NCBI GenBank assembly: GCA_965279035.1
Contig: OZ257142.1
Span: 3,680,001-3,744,000, forward strand
Length of the DNA stretch: 64,000 nucleotides
Reading direction: 5' to 3'
Source of the DNA: Bacteroidia bacterium
GTDB lineage: Bacteria > Bacteroidota > Bacteroidia > M30B66
Of this stretch, positions 31,901-39,419 are shown piece after piece. Below the pieces are notes generated by a model. The model did no database searches, was not told the origin of the DNA, and was given only the letters and a program-made list of their open reading frames with translations. The position numbers were made by a program, and so were the translations under genes. Position 1 is the first letter of the stretch, and every line of letters begins with the position of its first letter.

Positions 31901-32936
31901 TTTATCGCCTTTGGGGCCATTTTGTCAATTTGATCCACAACCAATTTTATTAAATACTTCTGCTAATGGATTAAGTGGAACTTGGAATCCTTCAACAATA
32001 AGCACAAGTTCACTCGGGACATTTATATTTACTTTCACACCAGATCAAGATCAGTGTGGAACAATAGAAACACTTCAAGTTGTTGTTACAACTCCTTTTG
32101 GTGCAACTTTTTCATTTCCTACAACTTTTTGTGAGAATGATCCTTCTTTTATACTTCCTTTAATTTCTGACAATGGATTATCCGGAACTTGGGCAACTAG
32201 TTCCATTAATACATCACTAATTGGTGTTACTCCTTATAAATTTATTCCCAATCCAAGTAGTTGTGGATTTGCTGTTATAGTTGATGTAACCGTAAATCCA
32301 ATTTCAACTCCAACATTTTCATTTAACACAAGCATTTGTACAGGATCAAGTCCCGATGCACTTCCTTTAGTTTCTGATGAAGGAATACCGGGAACATGGT
32401 TACCAGCAACTATTAACAATACAACAAGCGGCAATTATACTTTTACTCCTGATGTCGGTCAATGTGCTGCACCTGTTGATGTTTTTGTTACTGTTGGTTC
32501 CGCTATTTTACCAACATTTAATGCTATCCCAGCATTCTGTTCGGGAACAATAGCACCAACTCTTCCAGCTATTTCTACCAATGGAATCACAGGAACTTGG
32601 ATTCCTTCAACAATTAGTAATACTTCATCTGGCACTTATACTTTCACACCCGATGCAGGTCAGTGTGCAACAGGTGCAAGTTTAAGTGTGAGTGTTACAG
32701 CATTAACAACGCCTATATTTTCAGCCATTCCAGCATTTTGTTCAGGTGCAACAGCACCATTGCTTCCAGCTACTTCTACCAATGGAATAACAGGAACTTG
32801 GTTACCAGCAACGATTAATAATACAACTAGTGGGACATACACATTTACTCCGAATTCGGGACAATGTGCCTCAACAACAACCTTAACAAGCACATTAAAC
32901 CCATTGCCAACAACTACACCTATTTACCACGATTAA
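22950..32936 (+). CDS. 3328-aa secreted Ig-repeat adhesin (protein A); no T9SS CTD, ends PTTTPIYHD
   Basis: Signal peptide ..AQG-Q; CUB-like domain (CSGTFYDNGG..DYLTVYDG..FTSD..GW); SprB-like repeat; 25 tandem 66/68-aa TPTF..IC..GITGTW..YTFTP..GQCA units. Confidence 0.9.
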   Translation: MKNTIKYLVFMLIWLFFQEAQGQTYTMGTGSNSNSVTTCSGTFYDNGGSGANYANNCSSTYTFCSNVPGQCIMVNFTQFNVSDFDFFGFPYDYLTVYDGPSTASPYMFDISGGPFPAPFPVASSSGCLTFEFTSDASNRSPGWTGLLTCQPCPIPVSPTQQDCDGAIPICEEQYYQPYAYTGNNGTDILPASSCLLDGELNNSWYVFTAQTSGNLSFVISPNFSDDDYDWAVYDITNEGCEGITDESSPEISCNFSADVFAWAGQTGAYGAAPYLGTGTSTGSGGDPFNTDIPVIAGNSYVIVVSNYSSSQGGYYLDLSPSTAILFDNTPPLIAEVDEVSCGATIVEITFSEPTLCSSIQTGDFQLNGPGGPYTVTAIDLGSCTGSGVEFTQSAELTISPAITQSGTYTLCLTSAAGGISDLCGNTSTSGCVSVSTSITVTANAGPDKTICSAGAVTIGGSPTASNGTGPYTYVWSPLTGIVSGSTSANPSVNPSITTTYTVLVTDNTGCSASDDVNVIVSNAAATNISYTGSPFCTAVSTAQLPTISGTTGGTFSASPSGLTINSSTGAITPSTSTANTYTITYSVAAAGACPAFSVTTSVTINTSVATSISYTGAPFCTSLGTAQLPTIVGTTGGTFSSSPSGLTINSSTGAITPSTSSANAYTITYTVPASGACPSYTVTTSVTINTAASASISYAGSPYCTSVVTAQLPTITGTTGGTFSSSPSGLSINASTGAITPSTSTANTYTITYTIAAAGACPAFTTTTSVTINTSTTPTFTIPTTLCSGNTAPLLPGTSTNGISGTWSPSTVSNTISGTYVFTPSSGTCVNTYSITITVFERPVIYAHGVDPTCSSLCDGSATVDVVGGTGSYSYLWNTTAATQSISALCAGTYSVIVTDANGCTSTAFTPASACFQIQGILVNSCSSTEWNEEMVFFQVGSSPLNTSALTVTWPTLADSWRGLCTNPTYIAAVNATITGGGVVLPMPGTGILPANANVVLVTENVLNAPIADYSNLSGPLYMIFQCSGNTQGQFVNSGAGTSNPLILNFGSGCSESITYAPNSLPNYSGSGDGGYALYSSNGTATYLNYGCSIPYTIQSDDITLVAPPPVPVAVTPATTTICSGGNVSLTASGATTYTWAPSTNLSATTGATVTASPTGTITYTATGTLAGCTGTATAIVTVVAPANAGSNGLKAVCSNGSAVDLFNSLGGTPATGGTWTGPSSLGNAYLGTFTPGTSLAGVYTYTVTGTSPCANASATVTVSQTTEANATISYPGAPYCKSISTGQVPTISGSTGGTFSSSPAGLTLNTVLGTVTPSSSTAGTYTVTYTIAASGACPAFSTIESLTINALPATPTLTPNPPCAGQAVTFTAGNGSWYEFTLNGTQVLAPSATNTYSIPILVSGDQICVNSYPTPPFILDGNIIEPQWGTAYATSAGGPASSGFGAGNNLDALFLSNMSGNFYGAIASSVVNNTNNRVLLFIDCEAGGYNSLAGWTVRTNSPYYSVENLSSSISFDAGFSPDYVLAMNQATGDAFFDLYHMSTNVNNFLGQASTSTQLGYVSNTSVGDYTKGFEFAFPLSAIGNPTGTMKLFAMIVNDPGFGVPTFVSNQFLTHCGSAESNYGNGFIDFNSATPNPINYQLSADCFSTTCVTAGSPVTPTFTAVAPICSGASLSALPTTSNNGITGTWAPALDNTTTTLYTFTPSAGQCATSATLTITVNPNVTPTFTAIAPICSGASLSALPTTSNNGITGTWAPALSNTTTTLYTFTPAAGQCATSATLTITVTPNVTPTFTAVAPICSGGSLSALPTTSNNGITGTWSPALDNTTTTLYTFTPSAGQCATSATLTITVNPNVTPTFTAVSPICSGASLSALPTTSNNGITGTWTPALDNTTTTLYTFTPAAGQCATSATLTITVNPNVTPTFTAVAPICSGGSLSALPTTSNNGITGTWAPALDNTTTTLYTFTPSAGQCATSATLTITVNPNVTPTFTAVAPICSGGSLSALPTTSNNGITGTWAPALDNTTTTLYTFTPSAGQCATSATSTITVNPNVTPTFTQVAAICSGGSLSALPTTSNNGITGTWAPSLDNTTTTVYTFTPSAGQCATTATMTIIVTPNLTPTFTAIAPICSGASLSALPTTSNNGITGTWTPALDNTTTTLYTFTPSASQCATTTTLTITVNPNVTPTFTAVAPICSGGSLSALPTTSNNGITGTWSPALDNTTTTLYTFTPSAGQCATSATLTITVNPNVTPTFTAVSPICSGASLSALPTTSNNGITGTWTPALDNTTTTLYTFTPAAGQCATSATLTITVNPNVTPTFTAVAPICSGGSLSALPTTSNNGITGTWAPALDNTTTTLYTFTPSAGQCATSATLTITVNPNVTPTFTAVAPICSGGSLSALPTTSNNGITGTWAPALDNTTTTLYTFTPTAGQCATTATLTITVNPNVLPTFTQVAAICSGGSLSALPTTSNNGITGTWAPALDNTTTTVYTFTPSAGQCATTATMTIIVTPNLTPTFTAIAPICSGASLSALPTTSNNGITGTWTPALDNTTTTLYTFTPSASQCATSATLTITVNPNVTPTFTAVAPICSGGSLSALPTTSNNGITGTWTPALDNTTTTLYTFTPAAGQCATTATLTITVNIPTTPTFTLTSTICNGDAVSALPTTSNNGITGIWTPALNNTITTLYTFTPSAGQCASVFTFTLNVIQPTTPIFTQVPAICTGGALAALPTISNNSYSGSWSPAIDNTTTTTYTFTPFAGQCAATASMTITVNPNITPTFAPIPDICLGDVAPVLPTTSTNSITGTWFPITVSTSISNTYTFTASAGQCATTATLTTTIISPTIPLFNAVAPVCSGGTAPILPLTSTNGITGTWLPASVSNTVSGTYTFTPSAGQCASATTITVTVATPNVPSFNTIPPICSGDLAPSLPSSSLNSIVGTWLPALVNNTTSGTYTFTPNAGQCATTTTTSITVNPIVTTVLSPLGPFCQFDPQPILLNTSANGLSGTWNPSTISTSSLGTFIFTFTPDQDQCGTIETLQVVVTTPFGATFSFPTTFCENDPSFILPLISDNGLSGTWATSSINTSLIGVTPYKFIPNPSSCGFAVIVDVTVNPISTPTFSFNTSICTGSSPDALPLVSDEGIPGTWLPATINNTTSGNYTFTPDVGQCAAPVDVFVTVGSAILPTFNAIPAFCSGTIAPTLPAISTNGITGTWIPSTISNTSSGTYTFTPDAGQCATGASLSVSVTALTTPIFSAIPAFCSGATAPLLPATSTNGITGTWLPATINNTTSGTYTFTPNSGQCASTTTLTSTLNPLPTTTPIYHD
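27921..32903 (+). repeat. Intragenic tandem array: 17 x 198 bp then 8 x ~204 bp
   Basis: 15 near-identical 198-bp units (27921-30890), 2 diverged units, then 8 diverged 68-aa units. Confidence 0.92.
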
Positions 32937-32946
32937 CAACCAAACT

Positions 32947-35310
32947 ATGAGAAAAATTCGACTCTTGTTGCTAATGATCTTCGGGCTTCTTGCCGGGCAG
33001 AAGATGATAGCACAAACCGATGCAACAGACCCTCAGGTCATATGTATCGGAGAAACCCGTCCCTATCGGGTTGACTATCTCGAAAATGCTGGAGCAGGAA
33101 CAACAGGTTCAACCTATACCTGGGCAGTTCTAACACCTGGCTTTTTGGGAACCATTGCAACCAACCAAGGTCCGGGAGCAAGCAGCAATGCTATCTCCAT
33201 AAACTGGGGCGCAACACCCGCGGGATTGTATGTCTTGCAAGTGATTGAGACCAATGGTGGTTGTCCGGGTACTCCCATGACATTGAATATTCAACTCACA
33301 CCTTTAATTACTCCAACATTCAATGCCATTGGACCATTGTGTCAGAATTCAGTGGCTCCAACATTGCCAACTAGTTCGACCAATATTCCTGCAATTACAG
33401 GAACATGGGATGCGGCTATAAATACTTCCAGTGTTGGAACTGTAGTTTATACATTTACCCCAGATCCTGGACAATGTGCTACTACCACTACATTATCTGT
33501 TACGATAACTAATCAGATTACACCAACATTTACTCAGATTGGACCATTGTGTCAGAATTCAGTAGCACCAGTATTACCAACCAGTTCGACCAATATTCCA
33601 GCCATCACTGGAACTTGGGATGCTGCAATTAGCACAGCATCGGCAGGTACTACGGTATATACTTTCACGCCAGCGAGTGGACAATGTGCAGGAACAGCCA
33701 CTATGAGTATTGATGTTAACCCGCAGGTAACACCAACATTTACTCAAATTGGGCCACTGTGTCAGAATTCGGTAGCTCCAGTATTACCAACTAGTTCGAA
33801 TAATATTCCGGCGATAACAGGAACTTGGAATGCTGCGATAAGCACAACTTCTGCAGGAACGGTTGTTTACACATTCACACCAACCGCAGGACAATGTGCT
33901 ACTACTACCACAATGAGTGTTACTGTTGATCCTCAAGTAACACCAACGTTTACTCAGCTTGGACCACTTTGCCAAAATTCAGTTGCACCTGTATTGCCAA
34001 CAAGTTCGACCAATATTCCAGCAATAACGGGAACTTGGGATGCCGTATTAAGTACTGCTTCGGCAGGAACAGTTGTGTATACTTTCACTCCAACAGCTGG
34101 ACAATGTGCCACTACACAAACAATGAGTGTAGTCGTAAACCCTCAAATAACTCCAACATTTACTCAGCTTGGACCATTGTGTCAGAATTCAGTAGCGCCA
34201 GTATTACCAACTAGTTCAACCAATATTCCAGCAATAACGGGTACATGGGATGCCGTATTAAGTACTGCATCAGCTGGAACAGTTGTCTATACATTCACTC
34301 CAACTGCTGGACAATGTGCAATAACTGCTACCATGAGTGTAACAGTTGACCCTTTGATAACACCGACTTTTGCTGCTATTGGACCATTGTGTCAGAATTC
34401 GGTTGCTCCAACATTGCCAACAAGTTCGACCAATGTTCCAGCAATTACTGGTACTTGGAATGCTGTATTAAGCACAGCATCGGCAGGTACTGTTGTTTAT
34501 ACGTTCACACCAGATCCTGGACAATGTGCAACAACTGCAACCTTGAGTGTAGACGTAAATCCTACACCTACAATTACCATCGTAGGCGGACCAACCTGTT
34601 CGGTAGATTTACTCACTTGGTCGGTTGATGTAACTGTATCGGCTGGAACATTGACTAGCACTGCAGGTACAGTAGTAAATACATTAGGAAATGCTTGGAC
34701 AATCAGTGGAATTCCAGCTGCAACAAACATTACATTAAGTTCAACTGCTTTAGGCTGTCCAGGAACCTTGGCTATTACTGCTCCGAATTGCAACTGTCCA
34801 ACCGTTGCTCAACCAGTAGGAACAGGAGCCGCATATTGTATTGGATCTTTACCAGTGCCAGCCATTACAGCAACAGTATTGGCTGGACAAACACTTAATT
34901 GGTATGATGCAGCTACTGGAGGAACACTTGTGGGAACTGGTTCTCCTTTCAACCCAAGCGGTCCAGGAACCTATTATGCTGAAGCAGTTGATAATTCTAC
35001 ATTGTGTGTGAGTCAGCGAACACCTGTTACGTTAACCGAAAATGCATTGCCTATTGTATCAGCATTCGGTGGAGCTACACTTTGTCAAGGAAGTTCAACA
35101 ACACTTTCGGCAACGGGAGCTGTAAGCTATACATGGAACCCAACTACTGGATTATCACCAATAACTGGAACACCTGTAACTGCAACTCCTCCAGTAGGAA
35201 CAACCGTTTATACTGTTACTGGAACTGATGGAAATAACTGTCAAAACACAGATACAGTTACTGTAATTGTAACTCCAACACCAACAACTTCACCTATTTA
35301 TCACGACTAA
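32947..35310 (+). CDS. 787-aa secreted Ig-repeat protein (protein B); N-terminal PKD-like domain, ends PTTSPIYHD, no T9SS CTD
   Basis: Own signal peptide (MRKIRLLLL..IA-Q), six 70-aa repeats, Ig-like domains. Confidence 0.9.
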   Translation: MRKIRLLLLMIFGLLAGQKMIAQTDATDPQVICIGETRPYRVDYLENAGAGTTGSTYTWAVLTPGFLGTIATNQGPGASSNAISINWGATPAGLYVLQVIETNGGCPGTPMTLNIQLTPLITPTFNAIGPLCQNSVAPTLPTSSTNIPAITGTWDAAINTSSVGTVVYTFTPDPGQCATTTTLSVTITNQITPTFTQIGPLCQNSVAPVLPTSSTNIPAITGTWDAAISTASAGTTVYTFTPASGQCAGTATMSIDVNPQVTPTFTQIGPLCQNSVAPVLPTSSNNIPAITGTWNAAISTTSAGTVVYTFTPTAGQCATTTTMSVTVDPQVTPTFTQLGPLCQNSVAPVLPTSSTNIPAITGTWDAVLSTASAGTVVYTFTPTAGQCATTQTMSVVVNPQITPTFTQLGPLCQNSVAPVLPTSSTNIPAITGTWDAVLSTASAGTVVYTFTPTAGQCAITATMSVTVDPLITPTFAAIGPLCQNSVAPTLPTSSTNVPAITGTWNAVLSTASAGTVVYTFTPDPGQCATTATLSVDVNPTPTITIVGGPTCSVDLLTWSVDVTVSAGTLTSTAGTVVNTLGNAWTISGIPAATNITLSSTALGCPGTLAITAPNCNCPTVAQPVGTGAAYCIGSLPVPAITATVLAGQTLNWYDAATGGTLVGTGSPFNPSGPGTYYAEAVDNSTLCVSQRTPVTLTENALPIVSAFGGATLCQGSSTTLSATGAVSYTWNPTTGLSPITGTPVTATPPVGTTVYTVTGTDGNNCQNTDTVTVIVTPTPTTSPIYHD
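33307..34566 (+). repeat. Six intragenic 210-bp (70-aa) tandem repeats
   Basis: TPTF..(I/L)GPLCQNSVAP.LPTSS.N.PAITGTW occurs six times. Confidence 0.9.
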
Positions 35311-35327
35311 GCAGTGAATCTGTAGGA

Positions 35328-38129
35328 ATGAAACGTATTCTAACATATCTACTTCTGCTTACTGCAGGAATATTGAGCCTGACTCCTTCATGGGGTCAGG
35401 CCGATACCCTGTGCGTATCCAATCCGGTAGGCACTTATTATGTGCAAGGCTGGGCAGGAAGTACATTCAGTTGGAATACACAAGGCGATGGAGTGATACA
35501 AAGCGGTCAAGGAAATGATACTGTTGTAGTACAATGGAATACACTTTCGGGGACGTTTCAACTTGAAGTAATTGAAACCAGTTTGGAAGGCTGTGTTGGT
35601 CCTCCTCGATTGATGGATATTGTTATTCTCCCTTCATCGACAAGTACCGTAAATGCAGCAATATGTTCAAGTTCTACCTATACTCTACCTGATGGGTCGA
35701 CGGTTTCAAGCACGGGAACTTATCCTGTTACATTAACAGCAAATAATGGTTGTGATTCAATCATTACAACCCATTTAACAGTTCAATCGGTATTAACAAC
35801 TTCGGTGAATGCTTCCATTTGTTTGGGGGATGATTATGTCCTTCCAGATGGAACACATGTTAATACGAATGGCTCCTACCCAGTTACATTGAATAGTTCT
35901 GGTGGTTGCGATTCTATCATTACTACATTTTTGAGTGTAAATCAACCGATAAACACTGCCTTAAATGCAAGCACATGCTTTGGAACTGCCTATACTTTAC
36001 CAGATGGATCTCAAGTGAATTCTGCCGGAGTTTATCCAGTAACTATTCAAGGAAGTACCGGTTGTGACTCAACCATTACTACAACACTATCTATTCATCC
36101 AACGGAACAAACTGTTTTAGATATCAATATTTGTTCGGGGACATCGTATTTATTACCCGACGGACAAATCGTATCAACAACAGGCTCATATAATACAGTT
36201 TTGCAAACCACATTGGGATGCGATTCATTGGTTATAGTTAACCTCAACGTTGCTCCAACTCCAACTGTAAGTATAAGTTCTTCGGCAGGAAATTCCATCT
36301 GTCAAGGATCGTCTATCACCTTAACAGCCAGTGGAGCAAATTCATATACTTGGCTTCCAACTACAGGATTATCAGCTTCGAATGTTGCTGTTGTTGATGC
36401 AGCGCCTGATACAACTACAACCTACACCGTTGTTGGAACTTTAGGAAATTGCTCTTCGGTTGCATCGTTTATGCTAACAGTCAATGCAAGTCCAATTGTA
36501 GCGATAACACCCAATAACCCAACAATTTGCTTAGGAGATTCAGTTAGTTTAACTGCTTCTGGAGCCAATACCTATCAATGGTCTCCAGCAACTTGGTTGA
36601 GTTCTAGCACTGTGGCTTCTGTTATGGCTAGCCCTCCAGTTGGATCAACTCAATTCACAGTTATCGGTTCAAACGGAAATTGTTCTTCAACGCAAACGGT
36701 TACTGTCCTTGTTACTTCTAGCATTCAATTAAGCCTTGTTGCCCAATATCCGGTAATTTGTACTGGCTCTTCTACCTTAATAATAGCCAGTGGAGCGGCA
36801 TCGTATTCTTGGCAAAATGATCCAAGCCTTTCGACACTTTCTGGTGATAGTGTTTATGCTTCACCCGGAATACAAACAAGCTATTTTGTAACTGGCGTAT
36901 TGGGCAATTGTACTGCGATCGATTCAATCTCGATTGATGTTCAAGCTTATCCTGTTATCTCTTTAACTTCAACACCCGATTCCACTTGCGCGGGAACTCC
37001 TATTCTTCTCAGTGCACTAGGTGCTGAATCATATTCTTGGTCTCCATCGAATGGTTTATCACAAACGTTTGGAGATACTGTTATTGCTACTGTATTTGAC
37101 GATTTTACATATTATGTAAATGGAACAACAGGAAACTGCACTACGCTAGATTCCGTTTTAGTAAACATTATCCCATCTCCTCACCTTATTTTACAACCTG
37201 AATCCACTGTACTTTGTGCTGGTGATACTGTTCAACTTTCGGCAAGCGGAGCAGATGCTTATTCTTGGAATCCATCAGATAGTATTGCTTGTCCAACCTG
37301 TCCAACTATTCTGGTTTCACCTTCCTCAACCACCAATTACGAAATTATTGGTACACGAACAGGATGTGCCGATACGAGTTCCGTTTTAGTGCAAGTAATT
37401 GAACGTCCAATTCCTCTCATCACGGGTGATACTGCTATGTGTGCAAATGGTGAGATTACCTTAGAAGCATCAGGAGGTTCAAGCTATTTGTGGAGTACAG
37501 GAGATTCGATTAGTACAATAACGGTTCATCCAGAAATAACTACCGTGTATTCGGTTTTAGTAAACGAAGGTCTTTGTCCCGATTCTGCCGAACACCTCAT
37601 TGTAGTTTTTCCTGCACCTGATGTTCATGCAAGTGAAGACACTACAATACGACAAGGTGGTTCTGCGAATTTAGCTGCTGTAGGTGGCTATCAATATTAT
37701 TGGTCGCCTTCGCTATTTTTAAGTTGCGACAATTGCCCAAATCCAATTGCAAGTCCTGAAGCAACTACAACCTATTGTGTTACCGGTACAAATTTTTATG
37801 GTTGTGAAGCTTCCGATTGTGTGGAAGTGAAAGTGGAAATTATTTGTGACGATTTCTTTATTCCGAATGTGTTTTCACCAACCAAAGGAGGTGATCCTGA
37901 AAATGATTGTTTCCGATTGTATGGAACAAATTGTATTACAGAATTGAAGTTTCGGATTTTTAATCGATGGGGTGAATTAGTATTTGAAACGAACGATAAA
38001 TCCGATTGTTGGGATGGAACCTTTAAAGGTCAAGATCAAAATTCAGGTGTATTTGTATATTACCTTGAAGCCAAGTTGATTAATGATGAAAAAATTGAGA
38101 AGCAGGGTAACATCACCTTGCTCCGTTAA
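35328..38129 (+). CDS. 933-aa Ig-repeat protein with type-B T9SS CTD (protein C)
   Basis: Signal peptide; N-terminal PKD-like domain; GCDS repeats; C-terminal FIPNVFSP..D..ND.F..IFNRWGELVF..WDG..GVFVY..GNITLLR. Confidence 0.93.
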   Translation: MKRILTYLLLLTAGILSLTPSWGQADTLCVSNPVGTYYVQGWAGSTFSWNTQGDGVIQSGQGNDTVVVQWNTLSGTFQLEVIETSLEGCVGPPRLMDIVILPSSTSTVNAAICSSSTYTLPDGSTVSSTGTYPVTLTANNGCDSIITTHLTVQSVLTTSVNASICLGDDYVLPDGTHVNTNGSYPVTLNSSGGCDSIITTFLSVNQPINTALNASTCFGTAYTLPDGSQVNSAGVYPVTIQGSTGCDSTITTTLSIHPTEQTVLDINICSGTSYLLPDGQIVSTTGSYNTVLQTTLGCDSLVIVNLNVAPTPTVSISSSAGNSICQGSSITLTASGANSYTWLPTTGLSASNVAVVDAAPDTTTTYTVVGTLGNCSSVASFMLTVNASPIVAITPNNPTICLGDSVSLTASGANTYQWSPATWLSSSTVASVMASPPVGSTQFTVIGSNGNCSSTQTVTVLVTSSIQLSLVAQYPVICTGSSTLIIASGAASYSWQNDPSLSTLSGDSVYASPGIQTSYFVTGVLGNCTAIDSISIDVQAYPVISLTSTPDSTCAGTPILLSALGAESYSWSPSNGLSQTFGDTVIATVFDDFTYYVNGTTGNCTTLDSVLVNIIPSPHLILQPESTVLCAGDTVQLSASGADAYSWNPSDSIACPTCPTILVSPSSTTNYEIIGTRTGCADTSSVLVQVIERPIPLITGDTAMCANGEITLEASGGSSYLWSTGDSISTITVHPEITTVYSVLVNEGLCPDSAEHLIVVFPAPDVHASEDTTIRQGGSANLAAVGGYQYYWSPSLFLSCDNCPNPIASPEATTTYCVTGTNFYGCEASDCVEVKVEIICDDFFIPNVFSPTKGGDPENDCFRLYGTNCITELKFRIFNRWGELVFETNDKSDCWDGTFKGQDQNSGVFVYYLEAKLINDEKIEKQGNITLLR

Positions 38130-38140
38130 AATCTGATCGT

Positions 38141-39187
38141 ATGAAGAAACTCTTTTCTACATTATGGATTATCGGATTGATTGGAATCTCCAAACTTTCG
38201 GGGCAGGATATTCACTTTTCTCAATTCACCATGGCGCCTTTAACACAAAACCCGGCTATGGCTGGAGCTTTAAATAATGCCGAAGCGTATTTGAATTATA
38301 AAAGTCAATGGAAAGCTGTAACAAATCCCTATAAAACCTATGCTGTTTCAGCAATGGCTCGTTTGGGTAAACCTAGAAAAGACAAAAGCTTTTGGGCTGT
38401 TGGTTTAAACTTTTTTAATGATCAAAGTGGAGATGGTAAATTAACTCAAACAACCGGAACGTTCACTCTTGCTTATCAAATTCATTTAACACGCTATCAC
38501 AAGCTAGGATTGGGTTTGCAAGCTGGTTTTGGACAAGTTAAAATCAATACGGGAGATTTCCAGTGGGGAAGTCAATATGTTTCGGGAAATGGATTTGATC
38601 CTTCCATGGCAACAGGTGAAAATATTCAAAATCCAACGTTCGGATATTTCGATTTTGGAAGTGGTCTTGTATGGTCGTTCAATAATACGGCAGGTTTAGT
38701 GAAGACAAGTAACAATGTGTTTAATAAAGGATGTTTTGGAATATCTGTTTATCACATCAATCAACCGAACTTTTCTTTCATCAATACAGGTGATAAACTC
38801 CACATGAAATACGTTGCTCACGGACAATATCTATTTAGTGTAAATGGTTCCAAAGTGGCGATAAATCCGGGATTCATGTTTTATAGCCAAGGAACAGCAA
38901 AGGAACTTTTCTTTGGATCCATGGTGCGATACAACATACTTCCTGAATCAAAATACTCTGGTTTTTACAAAGGTGCAGGAGCCTATTTAGGAGCTTATAT
39001 GCGTGCTGGTGATGCGATAGTTATTTCTACAATGCTGGAGCTTTCGCAGTTTGCTGTTGGCTTTAGCTACGATATTAATACATCTTCACTTCGCCCTGCC
39101 AGCAATGGACGTGGAGGATTTGAAATTTCCGTTCGCATGACCGGTCAAGGTCCTTTTGCGAATAAAGTTCGAAGCTTTAGAAGATAA
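38141..39187 (+). CDS. PorP/SprF family T9SS outer-membrane protein
   Basis: QDIHFSQF..PL..NPA.AG, Y..QW, HINQPN.SF, GFSYD..S.L..GGFEIS; directly follows a type-B CTD gene. Confidence 0.93.
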   Translation: MKKLFSTLWIIGLIGISKLSGQDIHFSQFTMAPLTQNPAMAGALNNAEAYLNYKSQWKAVTNPYKTYAVSAMARLGKPRKDKSFWAVGLNFFNDQSGDGKLTQTTGTFTLAYQIHLTRYHKLGLGLQAGFGQVKINTGDFQWGSQYVSGNGFDPSMATGENIQNPTFGYFDFGSGLVWSFNNTAGLVKTSNNVFNKGCFGISVYHINQPNFSFINTGDKLHMKYVAHGQYLFSVNGSKVAINPGFMFYSQGTAKELFFGSMVRYNILPESKYSGFYKGAGAYLGAYMRAGDAIVISTMLELSQFAVGFSYDINTSSLRPASNGRGGFEISVRMTGQGPFANKVRSFRR

Positions 39188-39225
39188 AAAAACGGACAAG
39201 CTGATTAACAACATTGTCCGTTTTT
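39187..39225. terminator. Bidirectional terminator between the PorP/SprF gene and the tRNA
   Basis: aaaaacggacaa..ttgtccgttttt stem. Confidence 0.8.
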
Positions 39226-39226
39226 G

Positions 39227-39299
39227 TGGGCCTGGCAGGAATCGAACCTGCGACCCGCGGATTATGAGTCCGATGCTCTAACCCCTGAGCTACAAGCCC
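39227..39299 (-). tRNA. tRNA with CAT anticodon, most likely tRNA-Ile2 (lysidine)
   Basis: GGGCTTGTAGCTCAGGGGTTAGAGCATCGGACT-CAT-AATCCGCGGGTCGCAGGTTCGATTCCTGCCAGGCCCA folds as a cloverleaf; CCA not encoded; TATATTTG promoter at 39314-39321 (-). Confidence 0.92.
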
Positions 39300-39419
39300 G
39301 TTTTCAGGGAGGGCAAATATAGACTGTCAGCGCTTAATTCCAAAATCAAAGCTCTCAATAATTAAATTAATTCAAAGCCTCTGTTTTAGCCTGTTTGAAG
39401 CAAAAATGCAATTATCAAA

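Noticed and set aside
32901-35400. A, B and C as one frameshifted or mis-assembled giant gene
   Set aside because: B and C each begin with a full signal peptide, the frames differ, and A and B end in the same conserved tail before a clean TAA.
26243-36298. Many short minus-strand ORFs inside the adhesin genes
   Set aside because: Antisense shadows of the coding repeats; they mirror the 198-bp period.
39227-39299. tRNA as integration site for the adhesin operon; initiator tRNA identity
   Set aside because: No integrase or duplicated tRNA 3' end seen. The G1-C72 pair and lack of three G-C pairs in the anticodon stem exclude fMet.
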